This document shows, one piece after another, positions 63,462 to 64,000 of a stretch of 64,000 nucleotides of DNA (position 1 is the stretch's first letter; every line of letters begins with the position of its first letter). The notes below the pieces were generated by a model. That model was not told the origin of the DNA and searched no databases. It saw only the letters and a program-made list of their open reading frames with translations. Source of the stretch: Bacteroidota bacterium (lineage in GTDB: Bacteria; Bacteroidota; Bacteroidia; AKYH767-A; 2013-40CM-41-45); NCBI GenBank assembly GCA_031427625.1, contig JANPNV010000132.1:12919-76918 (forward strand), in the 5' to 3' direction. Position numbers and translations under genes: made by a program.

Positions 63462-64000
63462 CTAACGTTGCTTATTATTTTTTCTTCGCTTCAGCTCCTC
63501 TTCAATTAACGAAAGTTCCCTTCCTGTTTGGCCTGCTACAGAAGTATTCTCCTGAGCTCGCCTGATTAAATAGGGCAACACACCTTCGACCGGACCATAG
63601 GGTACGTATTTGCACACGTTGTAGCCCTTCTTCGCAAGATTATAACTGATATGGTCACTCATGCCATATAATTGGGAGAACCAGATATTTGTGTGATTAT
63701 TAGGCAGCTTATTTTTCTCCATAAGCTCGACAAGTAAAAGATTACTGGCCTCATTATGGCTACCGCAACATAACGATAAGACATCAATATTTTCAATCAC
63801 TGTTTTAAGTGAAGCATTGTAATCATTATCGGTAGCAATTTTATCCGGTTGAATAGGCGAAGGGATGTTCAGAATTTTTGATCTTTCTCTTTCTTTTTCC
63901 ATATAGGCTCCCCGTACGATTTTTAAACCGGCCTTGTAGCCATTATTTCGTGCATGTTTAATACAATCATTCAAGTAGTCTAATCTGCCTGTGCGATACA
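63462..64000 (-). CDS. Proline dehydrogenase (5' end beyond window edge)
   Basis: KIVRGAYMEKE, SHN, QLYGM, KYVPYGP and YLIRRAQEN motifs; frame stays open to the window end. Confidence 0.9.
   Translation of the reverse strand, partial: YRTGRLDYLNDCIKHARNNGYKAGLKIVRGAYMEKERERSKILNIPSPIQPDKIATDNDYNASLKTVIENIDVLSLCCGSHNEASNLLLVELMEKNKLPNNHTNIWFSQLYGMSDHISYNLAKKGYNVCKYVPYGPVEGVLPYLIRRAQENTSVAGQTGRELSLIEEELKRRKNNKQR

Noticed and set aside
1-64000. CRISPR arrays, IS elements, integrases, prophage or rRNA
   Set aside because: No regularly spaced 25-45 bp repeats, transposase/integrase/phage proteins or rRNA-like sequence were seen; nearly all sequence is explained by core genes.

Overview
AT-rich chromosomal core region of a Bacteroidota bacterium. 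Evidence for the phylum: TAnnTTTG sigma-A promoters, generally no obvious Shine-Dalgarno sites, signal peptides cleaved before Gln, porX, a T9SS cargo protein, an lpxC-fabZ fusion and DUF3467 after rpoC. Contents in order: lptB-tatC-kdsD, recQ, mdh, a TetR-TolC-MFP-RND efflux operon ending in mqnA, purB, hemE, ung, osmC, lipA, gap, the tRNA-tuf-secE-nusG-rplKAJL-rpoBC cluster (5 tRNAs), a PlpD-like patatin-Omp85 protein, three tandem DUF1573 genes, porX/HD, lpxD-lpxC/fabZ-lpxA, tsaE, an Ald-like gene and a partial proline dehydrogenase. I found no IS, prophage, CRISPR or rRNA, and no clearly new multi-gene system. The best leads are: two small genes missed by the ORF track (a 44-aa Cys-containing lipoprotein and a 55-aa basic protein), a DnaA-box-containing AT-rich spacer (candidate oriC), a lipoprotein fusing a CX4CH cytochrome-c-like domain to a beta-propeller, an alanine-dehydrogenase homolog missing two catalytic residues, inverted 8-bp repeat arrays between nusG and rplK, and an inferred inversion of the porX-lpx block. 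All calls rest on reading motifs by eye; no database searches were run.
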